Assembly: GCA_002722245.1 (NCBI GenBank)
Contig: PBLA01000001.1
Location: 22,292 to 86,291, forward strand
Origin: Flavobacteriales bacterium
GTDB taxonomy: Bacteria; Bacteroidota; Bacteroidia; Flavobacteriales_C; GCA-002722245
Direction of reading: 5' to 3'
Length of the DNA: 64,000 nucleotides
Shown here: one piece after another, positions 18,759-29,141 of the stretch
How the letters are laid out: each line of letters starts with the position of its first letter
Numbering within the stretch: position 1 is the first letter of the stretch
Notes under the pieces: generated by a model
What the model was told of the DNA's origin: nothing
The model's input: only the letters and a program-made list of their open reading frames with translations
The model's database searches: none
Translations under genes and position numbers: made by a program

Positions 18759-21700
18759 TTATTTAGACATTCTGGATTTAAACTTTCGCATGGATCGCTC
18801 TGTGCCCAACATAAACGAGTAGGGGCCTTTCTCTTTTGGACCTTTGAATTCTCTTTTATCGGGTTTTAACTCAGTAATAATTGCATTAAAGGCGGCATCA
18901 GATGAAATTACCCTCATTACTCCATTGTTATAGTCAAAGAAGTACCATGTTTCTTCGTCTATTTCAATATAGATCGTTAGTCGCTCTCGGGTTTTCTTTC
19001 TCACAAGTTCAATGTGTCCGTTCACAAACTTGTTTACTTGTTTTTTGTCTATCACTCCAATACCTATTTTGTTTCCTTGTGATTTAAAGGATTGAGTGGT
19101 TTGATCCCATTCCATTTTTACATCCGAAAACATAATGTTGTGACGAACCTCTTTGGCAACTTTTTTAAAGGCTCCGTAAAGGTTTAGTTCGGATACTAAT
19201 TTGTCTCCAAGTTCTTTTCCTGCCATTTCTCTTATGGCTTTACCGTATACTAATCGTGTATTGTCTACGGGTTCCAGTTTAGGGTTACCTAGCATATTGT
19301 CCAACATGTGTGTCCACATTTTTTCGTCGAGGAAAAAATCAACAGCAAGCGCTCCATCTACTTTTACACCATTGGTAAATGGATCATGGTTTACTACACC
19401 ATAGTTAGTGAAGTTGACTTGCCCTAGTTTTTCATTGCCAAGTTGAATTTTACCTTCACCTCGAACGGAACACATTTGCGTATTTAAGGCAACAAAATTT
19501 CCAGGGAAGTTAGATTCTCTTAATTTTTCTTTGTTAGACAGCTGGTATTCATCTTCTTTTTCGTTGTAATTTAAAAAGCCATGGGCTGAAATTAAACTGT
19601 TGTCACTATGGTATTTTTGTGGCGATAAAAATGCGGAATAGAGATGCGTGGAATCTACTTTTAGTAAAACTCCAGATCCCAATTTTGTTCCTTTTGCTTT
19701 GCCCGGAAGCCATGCTTGAATTCCTTCTTCAACAGGAATTAATACATTAGCAGGGTCAATGTCACTTTCAAATCCAATCCAAGCTTTAGCAAGCTTTTTA
19801 CAATCATGTTGTAAATAAGTGGCTCCACGGAAATTCATCCCTTTCTTGGTGGCTTCTATTTTAGAAGTTCCTTTAAAGTGGAAATGGTCACTGAGCATGA
19901 ATTTGTCATCTTCTTTAATATCACCGCTTGCTACGGTTTGGTAGGCTGAATCTACACGTACATTGTTAAAGTGAATGAGTTGCTTTTTCCCTTTTCCATC
20001 AACATATTCGTAATCTCCTTCTGCGGTGTAATCTCTTCGTGCGATAACTTTTACTTTTGCTTTTGTAATTGTGTGGTATTTTGTAGTGATATTGGCGATG
20101 ATTTTAGCGTCTTCTAAAGGCTTCATATTGGCGTTTTTTCGCACCTCAACTTCTCCATCGCTAGTAAAAACTCGTGCATCAGCTACATTGATGAATTTTA
20201 CTTCATGGGCTTTTATAATGTATTTCCGCAAATCGTAGTTGGCTTTTGGTGAGATAAAGCGCAAGGAATCTTGAGAGGGGAGTGTTGAAATAAACTCGGA
20301 CCCTGATAAATCGAGATCGTCACGACCTTCTTGTGCTCCAGCATCTGTTGTTTTCTTGGATTTCTCAGAAGAAGATAGTTCAAGTTCATACTTGTCCATA
20401 AACCATTTGAATTTATCCATGAAACAGATGTATTTATTCATAGGGAAATCAACAAAAGAAGCTCCTCCGTTTGCTAAAAATTCTCCTTCGCGTTTTATAA
20501 AATCAATTTTTGCATTTACATCGTTTGTGGCAAACGCAATACCTCCGTTTTCCCCCTCGGATGTAAGGGTGTCTGCCTTTAATTTGAAGTCGGAGGTGTC
20601 GGCATTAAAAGTCATGTTTTGAAATTCAAAAATTTGTGATTTTAAGTCGGCATTTTCAAATTCTATCCTTCCTTTTCCTGTTAATTCTTTAGGGTCGTAG
20701 CGCAAAACTCCGTGCATAAATGCTTTGTCGTCGTACATTTTCATAGGAATTTCTCGCTTAGCCATTTTGAAATAGTCGTCCGAAGAGTAATAGGCCACAT
20801 TTACTTTTTGTCCCTCTACTTTAGGGTACTCAACGCCTGATTTTTGCGGCTCAATAATGGAACTTTGGGCTGGAGCATTCATGGAATCTAAATAGAATAC
20901 AAAGGCATTTGATTTTGTGGTACTTGTGATGTATTCAAAGTCTCCGTCACCCATTAAACCTTGATTACTTAAGTTAATTTCGTTGTAAAAGGTTGCTTTT
21001 CCTCCGTAAACTGGATAACCTTCGGGTGGGGTTTTTCGCTTAAAGCCAAGAGAGTGATCAGGCATTAGTTTCAAGGGTTCTCTAAAATCAGGAAAGATGC
21101 CTCCTGAATAAAATGTTCCTGGGAAATTTAATGCCTTGTCAGAGAAGGTTCCCATACTGTCTACTGTAAAGGTGTCTAGTTGAAAATATACTTTATCAGG
21201 GTCATAGGCCTTTCCTCTGAGGTTTCGTTTGTTGTAACGGACATATGATTTTTTATCTGAATGGAAGAGGGGATATTGCGGAAAGGAATCAGAAAGAATA
21301 CCTGATTTATTAAATGGCCAGTCAATTTCCAGTTTTCCAGATATATCTTCTATGACACTTCGAACCATGGTAATAGGAACTTGTAATTTACCATCTGCTC
21401 GGGTTCGCCATTTACTCTTATCAAGCATTCCTGCTTTTAATCGTACAGAATCTAATTCGTTTAATCCTATTCCGAAATCGTCGTAGTTAAATTCAAAATT
21501 TTTACCCCAAAATTCAAAACGTTCTGATCGGATTATTCCACCAAATGACATGGCTCGGTTTCGGTGGATTTTTAGGGTTTGGTTTTCAGGAATAAAACCT
21601 GTTTTCCTTGCTCTACTTAATGCCACACCATTTACTCCACGAAGGGTGATGTCATAATTAATGAGGTTCATGCTTGCGTTGGCCTCGCCTTTAATGTCGG

Positions 21701-23414
21701 AAACGATTTCAATGTTGTCATAATCTCCTTTCTTTGATTTGGCATTCATCCATTCAAATAATCTGTCTTGAACGGTGACTATTCCTTCTTCAATATTGTA
21801 AATTAGGAATCCTTTTGCGGCTAATCGTACACAAAGTCGTTGAACAGATTGGTAGTCTTTCCGAATATAATTGGCTAAATCAGCATCTTTAAAAGTGCGT
21901 TCTTCAAAGTTTTCGTCCATTACAAATTTCTTAATACTGTATAAAGGGTGTACACTTTGTAAACCTTGCATTTGCATGAATTTGTCGTTGGAAAAGAAAC
22001 TGTTTGATTCCAATCGCATTATACCAGAACTGGATCCCGGTATCGTTAGGAAGTCCATGTAATCCTTGTCAATTTGCCATTTTAACCACTCGATTTCCAT
22101 ATCCATTCTGTGAAAGGTGTTATAATAGGGTGACGCGCCAATTCCTTTCCCTTCGCAATAGAGGGTAAGTTCTCTTTTATTTGTAAGGAATTTCAATTGA
22201 AGGGCAGGATGGAAGATAGAATCCGTGTCAAGTGCCATGGTTATTGCGGCATAACGGGTTGCAATTCTTTTGTCATCAATTTTAAAGGATTGAGATTTTG
22301 CGATGAGAAATGGCTTGCCATGTCGTTTGATGGTGATTTTAGCAAGTTTTCCATCTACGATTTTACCAATGAAGTTTTTTCCTTTGATCATGAATCCTCC
22401 TTCATAATCTAAGCTGTCTTCGATTTCTTCAATTAATACTTTACCTGAATAGGATTCAAAACGAGGATAGGTAGCATTGTTGGTATCCACATTCGCTAAA
22501 AGTTTTTCTTCTAGCTTACCTTTGAGCATGTAGTCAAAGTATTTGGTGTTTTTATAATCTACTGAATCAGCTTTGTATTTAGAGGATTTTAACTCAATTG
22601 TATACTCGCTTAATTCGGCATAAGATTGTTCCTCGGGTATTCCTGCGCGGGTCCATAATACGCGTCCACCTTTTCCTTTCCATTTTCCTGTGGTAGGATA
22701 AAACGCTCCTTTTGTATTGTATATTCTGGCGGTGTCATTTTTTGCCACGCAATACAGATCCATGCGTGGAAAAACAACTTTTGGTAAACTGTCATAATCA
22801 AATGAAAATGTTGGTGAGGTTCCCTGCCATTTTACATTTTGAGTCACGTATACAGAGTTGTATAAAAAGATATTATTACAATTTGTAAGAAATACAGTGA
22901 AATATCGCTTTTTGTCGTCAATGAGCTTATTCACAGTGATATTCCATGCGTCAAAGGAATCTTCTGATTGAAAAGTGGTGAAAAAACTGATTACGGAGTA
23001 GAGGTAAATTTTAAAATCAGGGATGGCTTTCATCCGCTTTTTTAACATCTTATTACACATCATAATAATCATTTGAATTTGGTAGTTGTTCAACTTTCCA
23101 CTTTCAAAACCATAAACAAATGTGCTGGATGCGTTTAATTTCTTGAGTCTTTTTTGATAAACTAAATTGGCAATTTTATATATTTTTTCTTCTTGTTTCG
23201 GTTTTACAAGGTCCATTGGCCAAAGTGCTCTAAATTCGGCCATGATTAAGTCTGCCTCTTCCTCACTGGTTTTTCGAATAAATCCCTCTAATTCTTCAAT
23301 GAATTGCTCTTTATCATTGGAAAATTGCTTAAATGTTTGCCCTTGAAGTCCAAAACAGCAAAGAGCAATTATTGAGGTTATTATTATTTTTTTGTAAAAG
23401 CCAGGCATAACCAA
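18759..23414 (-). CDS. very large (1551 aa) secreted protein of unknown function
   Basis: Uninterrupted 4.6-kb ORF with an N-terminal signal peptide (KKIIITSIIALCCFGLQGQ). Composition is K/D/F/Y-rich with no catalytic motifs recognised. Its 5' end overlaps the prmA 3' end by about 30 bp. Confidence 0.5.
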   Translation of the reverse strand: MVMPGFYKKIIITSIIALCCFGLQGQTFKQFSNDKEQFIEELEGFIRKTSEEEADLIMAEFRALWPMDLVKPKQEEKIYKIANLVYQKRLKKLNASSTFVYGFESGKLNNYQIQMIIMMCNKMLKKRMKAIPDFKIYLYSVISFFTTFQSEDSFDAWNITVNKLIDDKKRYFTVFLTNCNNIFLYNSVYVTQNVKWQGTSPTFSFDYDSLPKVVFPRMDLYCVAKNDTARIYNTKGAFYPTTGKWKGKGGRVLWTRAGIPEEQSYAELSEYTIELKSSKYKADSVDYKNTKYFDYMLKGKLEEKLLANVDTNNATYPRFESYSGKVLIEEIEDSLDYEGGFMIKGKNFIGKIVDGKLAKITIKRHGKPFLIAKSQSFKIDDKRIATRYAAITMALDTDSIFHPALQLKFLTNKRELTLYCEGKGIGASPYYNTFHRMDMEIEWLKWQIDKDYMDFLTIPGSSSGIMRLESNSFFSNDKFMQMQGLQSVHPLYSIKKFVMDENFEERTFKDADLANYIRKDYQSVQRLCVRLAAKGFLIYNIEEGIVTVQDRLFEWMNAKSKKGDYDNIEIVSDIKGEANASMNLINYDITLRGVNGVALSRARKTGFIPENQTLKIHRNRAMSFGGIIRSERFEFWGKNFEFNYDDFGIGLNELDSVRLKAGMLDKSKWRTRADGKLQVPITMVRSVIEDISGKLEIDWPFNKSGILSDSFPQYPLFHSDKKSYVRYNKRNLRGKAYDPDKVYFQLDTFTVDSMGTFSDKALNFPGTFYSGGIFPDFREPLKLMPDHSLGFKRKTPPEGYPVYGGKATFYNEINLSNQGLMGDGDFEYITSTTKSNAFVFYLDSMNAPAQSSIIEPQKSGVEYPKVEGQKVNVAYYSSDDYFKMAKREIPMKMYDDKAFMHGVLRYDPKELTGKGRIEFENADLKSQIFEFQNMTFNADTSDFKLKADTLTSEGENGGIAFATNDVNAKIDFIKREGEFLANGGASFVDFPMNKYICFMDKFKWFMDKYELELSSSEKSKKTTDAGAQEGRDDLDLSGSEFISTLPSQDSLRFISPKANYDLRKYIIKAHEVKFINVADARVFTSDGEVEVRKNANMKPLEDAKIIANITTKYHTITKAKVKVIARRDYTAEGDYEYVDGKGKKQLIHFNNVRVDSAYQTVASGDIKEDDKFMLSDHFHFKGTSKIEATKKGMNFRGATYLQHDCKKLAKAWIGFESDIDPANVLIPVEEGIQAWLPGKAKGTKLGSGVLLKVDSTHLYSAFLSPQKYHSDNSLISAHGFLNYNEKEDEYQLSNKEKLRESNFPGNFVALNTQMCSVRGEGKIQLGNEKLGQVNFTNYGVVNHDPFTNGVKVDGALAVDFFLDEKMWTHMLDNMLGNPKLEPVDNTRLVYGKAIREMAGKELGDKLVSELNLYGAFKKVAKEVRHNIMFSDVKMEWDQTTQSFKSQGNKIGIGVIDKKQVNKFVNGHIELVRKKTRERLTIYIEIDEETWYFFDYNNGVMRVISSDAAFNAIITELKPDKREFKGPKEKGPYSFMLGTERSMRKFKSRMSK

Positions 23415-24217
23415 TTCTCTTTATTCAGTTTATTAATAGGGGTTAAGTTGTGTTGGATTGCGCAATCTGAAATTGCGTGTTCATCAAAAAGTAAAAATCC
23501 ACTTAAAACCAATTGTCCTCCTTGTTTTAATATTCTAGCATACTCAGTCATTTGATCCATGAGTATGTTTTTATTGATGTTTGCAAAAACAACATCAAAT
23601 GAACGGTTAGAAATTTGTTCTTTTCCGCCTTTTTTTATGTTCAATTCAACATGGTTATTCTGGGCGTTTTCTATGCAATTTGCTACAGCACCCTCCTCGA
23701 TATCAATAGCCTCTACATATTGCGCTCCCATTTTTTTAGCAAGGATAGCTAATACACCAGTTCCTGTTCCCATGTCCAGAACATCTTTCCCCTTTAAGTT
23801 GATGCACTGCATATTCTGTACCATCATGTAAGTGGTTTCGTGATGCCCAGTCCCAAATGACATTTTGGGTGAAATTTTTACGTAATGCTGAGTATTGTAT
23901 TCACCGCTATGAAACGGGGCAATTATCGCACACCAATCACCTACAATAATTGGTTCAAAGGATGACTCCCAAACTTTATTCCAATTTTCACTAGGAATCT
24001 CTTCCAATATGTAGGAGAGCTTAATTTCCCCTCGATCGCTTAATGCAATGATGAATGATTCCAGTTCAGAAGTGAAATGAATTGAGGGTATGTAAGCATT
24101 AAATCCATTAGGAGTTTCCTCGAAGCTGTCACAGCCTTTTTCTCCAAGTTCATCTATAAATAGATCAACCCAGGGATCCCTGGGTTGAATATTTAATGCT
24201 ATTTTGTGATAGTTCAT
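23384..24217 (-). CDS. prmA: ribosomal protein L11 methyltransferase
   Basis: ISPKMSFGTGHHETT and the SAM motif VLDMGTGTGVLAI. Confidence 0.85.
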   Translation of the reverse strand: MNYHKIALNIQPRDPWVDLFIDELGEKGCDSFEETPNGFNAYIPSIHFTSELESFIIALSDRGEIKLSYILEEIPSENWNKVWESSFEPIIVGDWCAIIAPFHSGEYNTQHYVKISPKMSFGTGHHETTYMMVQNMQCINLKGKDVLDMGTGTGVLAILAKKMGAQYVEAIDIEEGAVANCIENAQNNHVELNIKKGGKEQISNRSFDVVFANINKNILMDQMTEYARILKQGGQLVLSGFLLFDEHAISDCAIQHNLTPINKLNKENWLCLAFTKK

Positions 24218-24978
24218 TAATTGAAAGCAGTGATGATTCCAATGAAGTCTTCTGCTTTCAGTGATGCTCCTCCAATTAAACCTCCGTCTACGTCTTTCTT
24301 TCCAAAAATTTCGGCTGCATTCGATGGCTTACATGATCCACCGTAAAGAATCGGGGTTTCATTTGCGATTCCCTCACCGTATTGTTCAGTAACACAACTT
24401 CTAATAAATGCATGCATATCTTGAGCTTGATCTGGAGAGGCTGTTAAACCTGTTCCAATTGCCCAAACCGGCTCATAAGCAATAACGACTTTAGCAAAAT
24501 CTTCTGCGCTTAAATGAAACAATTCTGCTTCAATTTGACCTCCAACGATTTTGTTTTGTTGTCCACTTTCTCTTTCCTCTTTAACTTCTCCACAGCAGTA
24601 AATAGGTGTGAGTCCTTGTGCAAGAACAGCATCAACTTTTTTTGCAATATCTGTAGAGTTTTCCCCAAAATATTCTCTTCGCTCGGAGTGTCCGATAATG
24701 ACATATCCTACACCAACGCTTTTTAACATCTCTGCTGAAATTTCTCCGGTGTAAGCACCGCTTGCCTCTTGATGAACGTTTTGTGCAGAAACATTTACCG
24801 CTGAACCTCCGGCTGCTTTAACTGCTTCGGATAAGTTTACATAAGGTGGGGATACAACCACCGTTACATCGCTTGCGTCTACTTTTGCTAATTCATTTTT
24901 TAAATCTTCAACCAACTGTACTCCTTCATTTACAGTTTTGTTCATTTTCCAGTTTCCTGCAACAATTTTACGTGCCAT
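24217..24978 (-). CDS. tpiA: triosephosphate isomerase
   Basis: IVAGNWKMNKT start, catalytic VIIGHSERR and AYEPVWAIGTG motifs. Confidence 0.95.
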   Translation of the reverse strand: MARKIVAGNWKMNKTVNEGVQLVEDLKNELAKVDASDVTVVVSPPYVNLSEAVKAAGGSAVNVSAQNVHQEASGAYTGEISAEMLKSVGVGYVIIGHSERREYFGENSTDIAKKVDAVLAQGLTPIYCCGEVKEERESGQQNKIVGGQIEAELFHLSAEDFAKVVIAYEPVWAIGTGLTASPDQAQDMHAFIRSCVTEQYGEGIANETPILYGGSCKPSNAAEIFGKKDVDGGLIGGASLKAEDFIGIITAFN

Positions 24979-24988
24979 AACTCAATTT

Positions 24989-26353
24989 TTATTTATTTAA
25001 AAAGTCTTTCTCAATATCTTCAAAGGTCGGGAAATCATAGTAATGCCATTTATCCAAAACCAAATCTTTTTTCCACAAAAATAATCCGGGACTTGCTCGA
25101 ATCATTGTTTTTAATTCTTTATCATCACAGTTGTAGAATTTTACTTTTGTTTTCATTTCTTGACGGAAGGCATCAATTTTATTTACATCGTATTCCGAAG
25201 TAAGAACTGAAAAGTAAAATGTTTGATTTTTATTGAGTGGATAGAGTTCCTGAAATTTCTTGTAATATTTTTCTCCTTTGGATGATTTGTTGAAATGCCA
25301 TCCATCATTGGCCATAGTAAACTCACCGAAAAAGCTGAGATCTCTAATTACTAACACAAAGCGATAATTGGTGTCATTTAACATGATTTGTATTTTATCC
25401 TCATCATCCTGAAAAGAATAGGCTGTGAGGTCAGTTATTTTAGGATCTTCATCTGGTTTGAAAATCATCGTGGTGTCTTTTATTAAAGTCCAGTCGTCTT
25501 TTAGCGCTTCGGGAATAGCAATTACTTTATTGGTTTGTCCTGTACTTTTTATATTAATTAGTTTAATGTTTAATTCCCCATCTACTTCTCTAAAATAAGG
25601 CTGGGTGGAATCATTTGGATTAATATATGGCTTCCAATTTTGATAATCGTCTGGGTAGTTTGCCATTTCAGCAATTGCGCCATTGGTTTTGTGCTGAAGC
25701 TTATATAAAATAAGAGGATTCCCTTTTTTTGTTTCCATTTGCTCTAAGAGATGATTGCCTATTGCATAAGCTCTGTGATCTGCATATGGAAGGTGATTGT
25801 ATGCGTAAAAGGTGAATAAAAAGAATGTTATCCAGGAGGAAAAGAGTACAATTTTATCTCCTACTGGAGTTAAAAAAGAGTTTATCTTTTTTCGAGCTAA
25901 AACAATTGGAATAATCCACACGAGAAGGTAAAGATCTTTTAAGAAGCTCGTTTTTGGCGTTAGTGGGATAAAATCTCCAAAGCATCCACATGATCTTACT
26001 AAGTCCCAATACCAACTTACAAATGTGAGGAAGGTAAAGAATATGATGAGTACTAATAGCCATAGGGCTACTCTGCGCATATTAATCCCTAATAAGGTGA
26101 GAATTCCAAGAACAATTTCAAATACAACAATGAAAATAGAGAGAGGCAAGGCGATATGCGCCATCCATTCCATGGGCACGGCAAGAAGGCCCATGCCATT
26201 TTCTGAAAGAATTTTTGCAAATACCTCAAAGTATTCTTCTAGCTTATAGGAAAATCCTAAAGCGTCATTGGCTTTAATCAATCCTGAGAATATGAATAGA
26301 CCTCCAATTTGAATTCTGCAGATCCAAACAATTATTTTGAAAATTAAGTTCAT
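24989..26353 (-). CDS. DoxX/MauE-like membrane domain fused to a ~280-aa soluble C-terminal domain
   Basis: The N-terminal ~170 aa has four TM helices and CGCFGDF as in DoxX/MauE family proteins. The C-terminal part is hydrophilic and unassigned. Confidence 0.45.
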   Translation of the reverse strand: MNLIFKIIVWICRIQIGGLFIFSGLIKANDALGFSYKLEEYFEVFAKILSENGMGLLAVPMEWMAHIALPLSIFIVVFEIVLGILTLLGINMRRVALWLLVLIIFFTFLTFVSWYWDLVRSCGCFGDFIPLTPKTSFLKDLYLLVWIIPIVLARKKINSFLTPVGDKIVLFSSWITFFLFTFYAYNHLPYADHRAYAIGNHLLEQMETKKGNPLILYKLQHKTNGAIAEMANYPDDYQNWKPYINPNDSTQPYFREVDGELNIKLINIKSTGQTNKVIAIPEALKDDWTLIKDTTMIFKPDEDPKITDLTAYSFQDDEDKIQIMLNDTNYRFVLVIRDLSFFGEFTMANDGWHFNKSSKGEKYYKKFQELYPLNKNQTFYFSVLTSEYDVNKIDAFRQEMKTKVKFYNCDDKELKTMIRASPGLFLWKKDLVLDKWHYYDFPTFEDIEKDFLNK

Positions 26354-26408
26354 TTTTTCCTGTTTCCTCTGAATTTATAAAATCAAAGGAAATCTTTCTT
26401 TTTTTTAA

Positions 26409-26963
26409 CTAAACATTAACGCTTTTCGCTTCTCCAAGTCGAATTAACGCAAAAATGGAGTAATTAATCATATCCAAGTAATTGGCATCTAATCCTTCGC
26501 TAACGATGGTTTTACCTTCATTATCTTCAATAGATTTAACTCTAAGTAATTTCATTAAGATTAAATCGGTGAGTGAACTAACGCGCATTTCTCGCCAAGC
26601 TTCACCGTAATCATGATTTTTATTCGCCATTAAATCTTTGGCAGTTTTTAAATAACCAGCGTGAAGATTGGCTATTTTTTGTTCGTTGGTATCTTCACCA
26701 ACAGCTGCTCCTAATTCAAGTTGAATGATCGCCATTACGCAATAGTTGATTATACCAATGTATTCGGGTACAATTCCTTCTCCAACTTTTGACTCTCCCT
26801 TTTGTTCGAGTGTTCTTATTCGTTGGGCTTTAATAAAAATTTGATCCGTGAGCGAGGTGGTTCGTAGTATTCTCCAAGCGGTTCCGTAATCCTTCATTTT
26901 TTTCAAAAATAAGTCGGAACATTTAGCGATTATAACATCAAATTCTGCAGCTGTGTTGCTCAT
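26409..26963 (-). CDS. DUF1599 domain protein (two repeats)
   Basis: Two internal repeats (KDYGTAWRILRTTSLTDQIFIKAQRIRTLE and HDYGEAWREMRVSSLTDLILMKLLRVKSIE). This is a family commonly found beside folP in Bacteroidota. Confidence 0.6.
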   Translation of the reverse strand: MSNTAAEFDVIIAKCSDLFLKKMKDYGTAWRILRTTSLTDQIFIKAQRIRTLEQKGESKVGEGIVPEYIGIINYCVMAIIQLELGAAVGEDTNEQKIANLHAGYLKTAKDLMANKNHDYGEAWREMRVSSLTDLILMKLLRVKSIEDNEGKTIVSEGLDANYLDMINYSIFALIRLGEAKSVNV

Positions 26964-26972
26964 TTTTTATTT

Positions 26973-27836
26973 TTGCTTGATATGAACGTGAAAGATAACC
27001 CATTTTCCAAAAAGTTTTGTATTCAAATTGGAGAGAAAACAATTGATTTTTCAACACCCAAAATAATGGGCGTGTTAAATGTGACGCCAGATTCATTTTT
27101 TGATGGCGGAAAAAACAATTCTTTGGAGAATGCATTGCTGCAAGCGAAGAAAATGATTGAGGAGGGTGTAGATATAATTGATATTGGAGGCTATTCTTCA
27201 AGACCAGGTGCGGCAGAAGTATCTCTAGAGGAAGAATTAGCACGAACAGTTCCTATTGTGCGAGCGATTCATGAACGGTTTCCTGAAGTAATCCTCTCAA
27301 TTGATACGTTTAGAAAAACGGTTGCTGAAATGAATATTGATGCAGGTGCTCTTTTTGTGAATGATATTTCTGCAGGGAATTTAGATGCAGAGATGATTCC
27401 TTGGATAAAGGCTAAGCGAATTCCTTACATTGCGATGCATATGAGAGGAAATCCGCAAACCATGAAAACGCATTGTGAATATGATAATTTATTGCAGGAT
27501 GTTGTTGCTGAACTTTTAGATTCCTTAAAAGAGCTAGAGGACGACCATCCACTAATTTTAGATCCTGGTTTTGGGTTTTCCAAAACGGTGGATCAAAATT
27601 ATGAACTCATGAATAATTTGGATTGTTTTGCGAAGTTGAAGCAGCCTTTCTTAGTAGGTGTTAGTAGGAAATCTATGATTTATAAAGTGTTAAATTCTCG
27701 TCCTGAATATGCTTTAAATGGAACCACTGTTTTGAATACTGTTGGTGTTTTAAGTGGGGCAAGTGTTTTACGGGTTCATGATGTAAAAGAGGCTAAAGAA
27801 TGTGTTAATCTTTTGAATAAAGTATTGGCGTCATAA
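26973..27836 (+). CDS. folP: dihydropteroate synthase
   Basis: IMGVLNVTPDSFFDGG and DIGGYSSRPGA pterin-binding motifs. Confidence 0.9.
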   Translation: MLDMNVKDNPFSKKFCIQIGEKTIDFSTPKIMGVLNVTPDSFFDGGKNNSLENALLQAKKMIEEGVDIIDIGGYSSRPGAAEVSLEEELARTVPIVRAIHERFPEVILSIDTFRKTVAEMNIDAGALFVNDISAGNLDAEMIPWIKAKRIPYIAMHMRGNPQTMKTHCEYDNLLQDVVAELLDSLKELEDDHPLILDPGFGFSKTVDQNYELMNNLDCFAKLKQPFLVGVSRKSMIYKVLNSRPEYALNGTTVLNTVGVLSGASVLRVHDVKEAKECVNLLNKVLAS

Positions 27837-27901
27837 AACTACTTTATTTCTTTTGGACGGCATCTTAAGTGCTCACAAAGGTAGGGGTAGAATCAACAAT
27901 G

Positions 27902-29068
27902 TTAGGCAATTACACCGGATCCAATTAATTCATTTTCATCGTACCATGCCGCAAATTGACCGGAAGCAATTCCTCTTTGGTTTTCGGTAAATGTCATATA
28001 AATCCCCTCTCTCGTCATGCATAAGGTAGCTTCACAAAGTGCTTGGCGATATCGTATACGACTCAAGTATTGCCGCGTTTCTCCAGGGGTCATTTTCAAA
28101 TCTTCTCTTGTCCAATGAATTTCATCAGCGGCAATAAATAATCCTTTTCTATTTAAACCAGGGTGATCATGACCTTGGCCTGCGTAAACAATGTTTTTGT
28201 GAATATCTGTTTCAATTACAAAAAGAGGTTCGATTTTACCTCCAACACCTAATCCTTTTCTTTGTCCTACTGTGAAAAAATGAGCGCCATTATGATGTCC
28301 TACAATTGTGCCTTGGTCGGGTTGATGTTGGTAGGGTGTAGTTAATTCTTTAAGGGATTGCTTCTTCTTGTTATAAATTGAGGCATTTTTAGGGATTTCA
28401 ATAATTTCTCCTTTTTTTGCTTTTAATTGTTGTTGAAGGAATTCAGGTAAATGTACTTTGCCAATAAAGCAAAGACCTTGAGAGTCTTTTTTATTTGCGG
28501 TAACCAATTTTTGCTCTTCTGCAATTTTTCGCACTTCTGATTTTTGTAAATGCCCTATTGGAAATAAAGCTTTAGCGAGTTGATTCTGTTTAAGCTGACA
28601 AAGAAAATAGCTTTGATCTTTGTTTTTGTCTTCGCCTGCTTTGAGTTGATAAATAGTTTGTTTATCTCGCTCAAAGGATGATTTTTGACAATAATGTCCC
28701 GTTGCAACATAATCTGCACCCAGTTCTAAACATTTATCTAGAAAAACATCGAATTTTATTTCTCGATTACAAAGAACATCTGGATTCGGTGTTCTTCCCT
28801 TTTCATATTCATTGAACATGTAATCAACGATACGTTCTTTGTATACCTGTGAAAAGTCAATAACTTGAAAGGGGATGTCTAATTTTTCAGCCACTAACAA
28901 AGCGTCTGTTGAGTCTTCAACCCATGGACATTCCGCTTCTAATGTTACGGAGGCATCCACCCAGTTTTTCATGAAAAGCCCGATAACTTCATATCCTTGC
29001 TCTTTCAATAAGTAGGCCGCTACACTGGAATCAACGCCACCACTTAATCCTACAACAACTCTTTTCAT
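27902..29068 (-). CDS. mnmA: tRNA-specific 2-thiouridylase
   Basis: PP-loop [18 protein letters not shown] and a C-terminal MnmA domain. The start is placed at MKRVVVGL; the track ORF extends 15 codons further upstream. Confidence 0.9.
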   Translation of the reverse strand: MKRVVVGLSGGVDSSVAAYLLKEQGYEVIGLFMKNWVDASVTLEAECPWVEDSTDALLVAEKLDIPFQVIDFSQVYKERIVDYMFNEYEKGRTPNPDVLCNREIKFDVFLDKCLELGADYVATGHYCQKSSFERDKQTIYQLKAGEDKNKDQSYFLCQLKQNQLAKALFPIGHLQKSEVRKIAEEQKLVTANKKDSQGLCFIGKVHLPEFLQQQLKAKKGEIIEIPKNASIYNKKKQSLKELTTPYQHQPDQGTIVGHHNGAHFFTVGQRKGLGVGGKIEPLFVIETDIHKNIVYAGQGHDHPGLNRKGLFIAADEIHWTREDLKMTPGETRQYLSRIRYRQALCEATLCMTREGIYMTFTENQRGIASGQFAAWYDENELIGSGVIA

Positions 29069-29141
29069 AATGTAAAGATAGTTATTTGTGAATGGATATC
29101 CTTTTGATTCCATGAGTTAAACATTGTTTATCTTTACAGTT

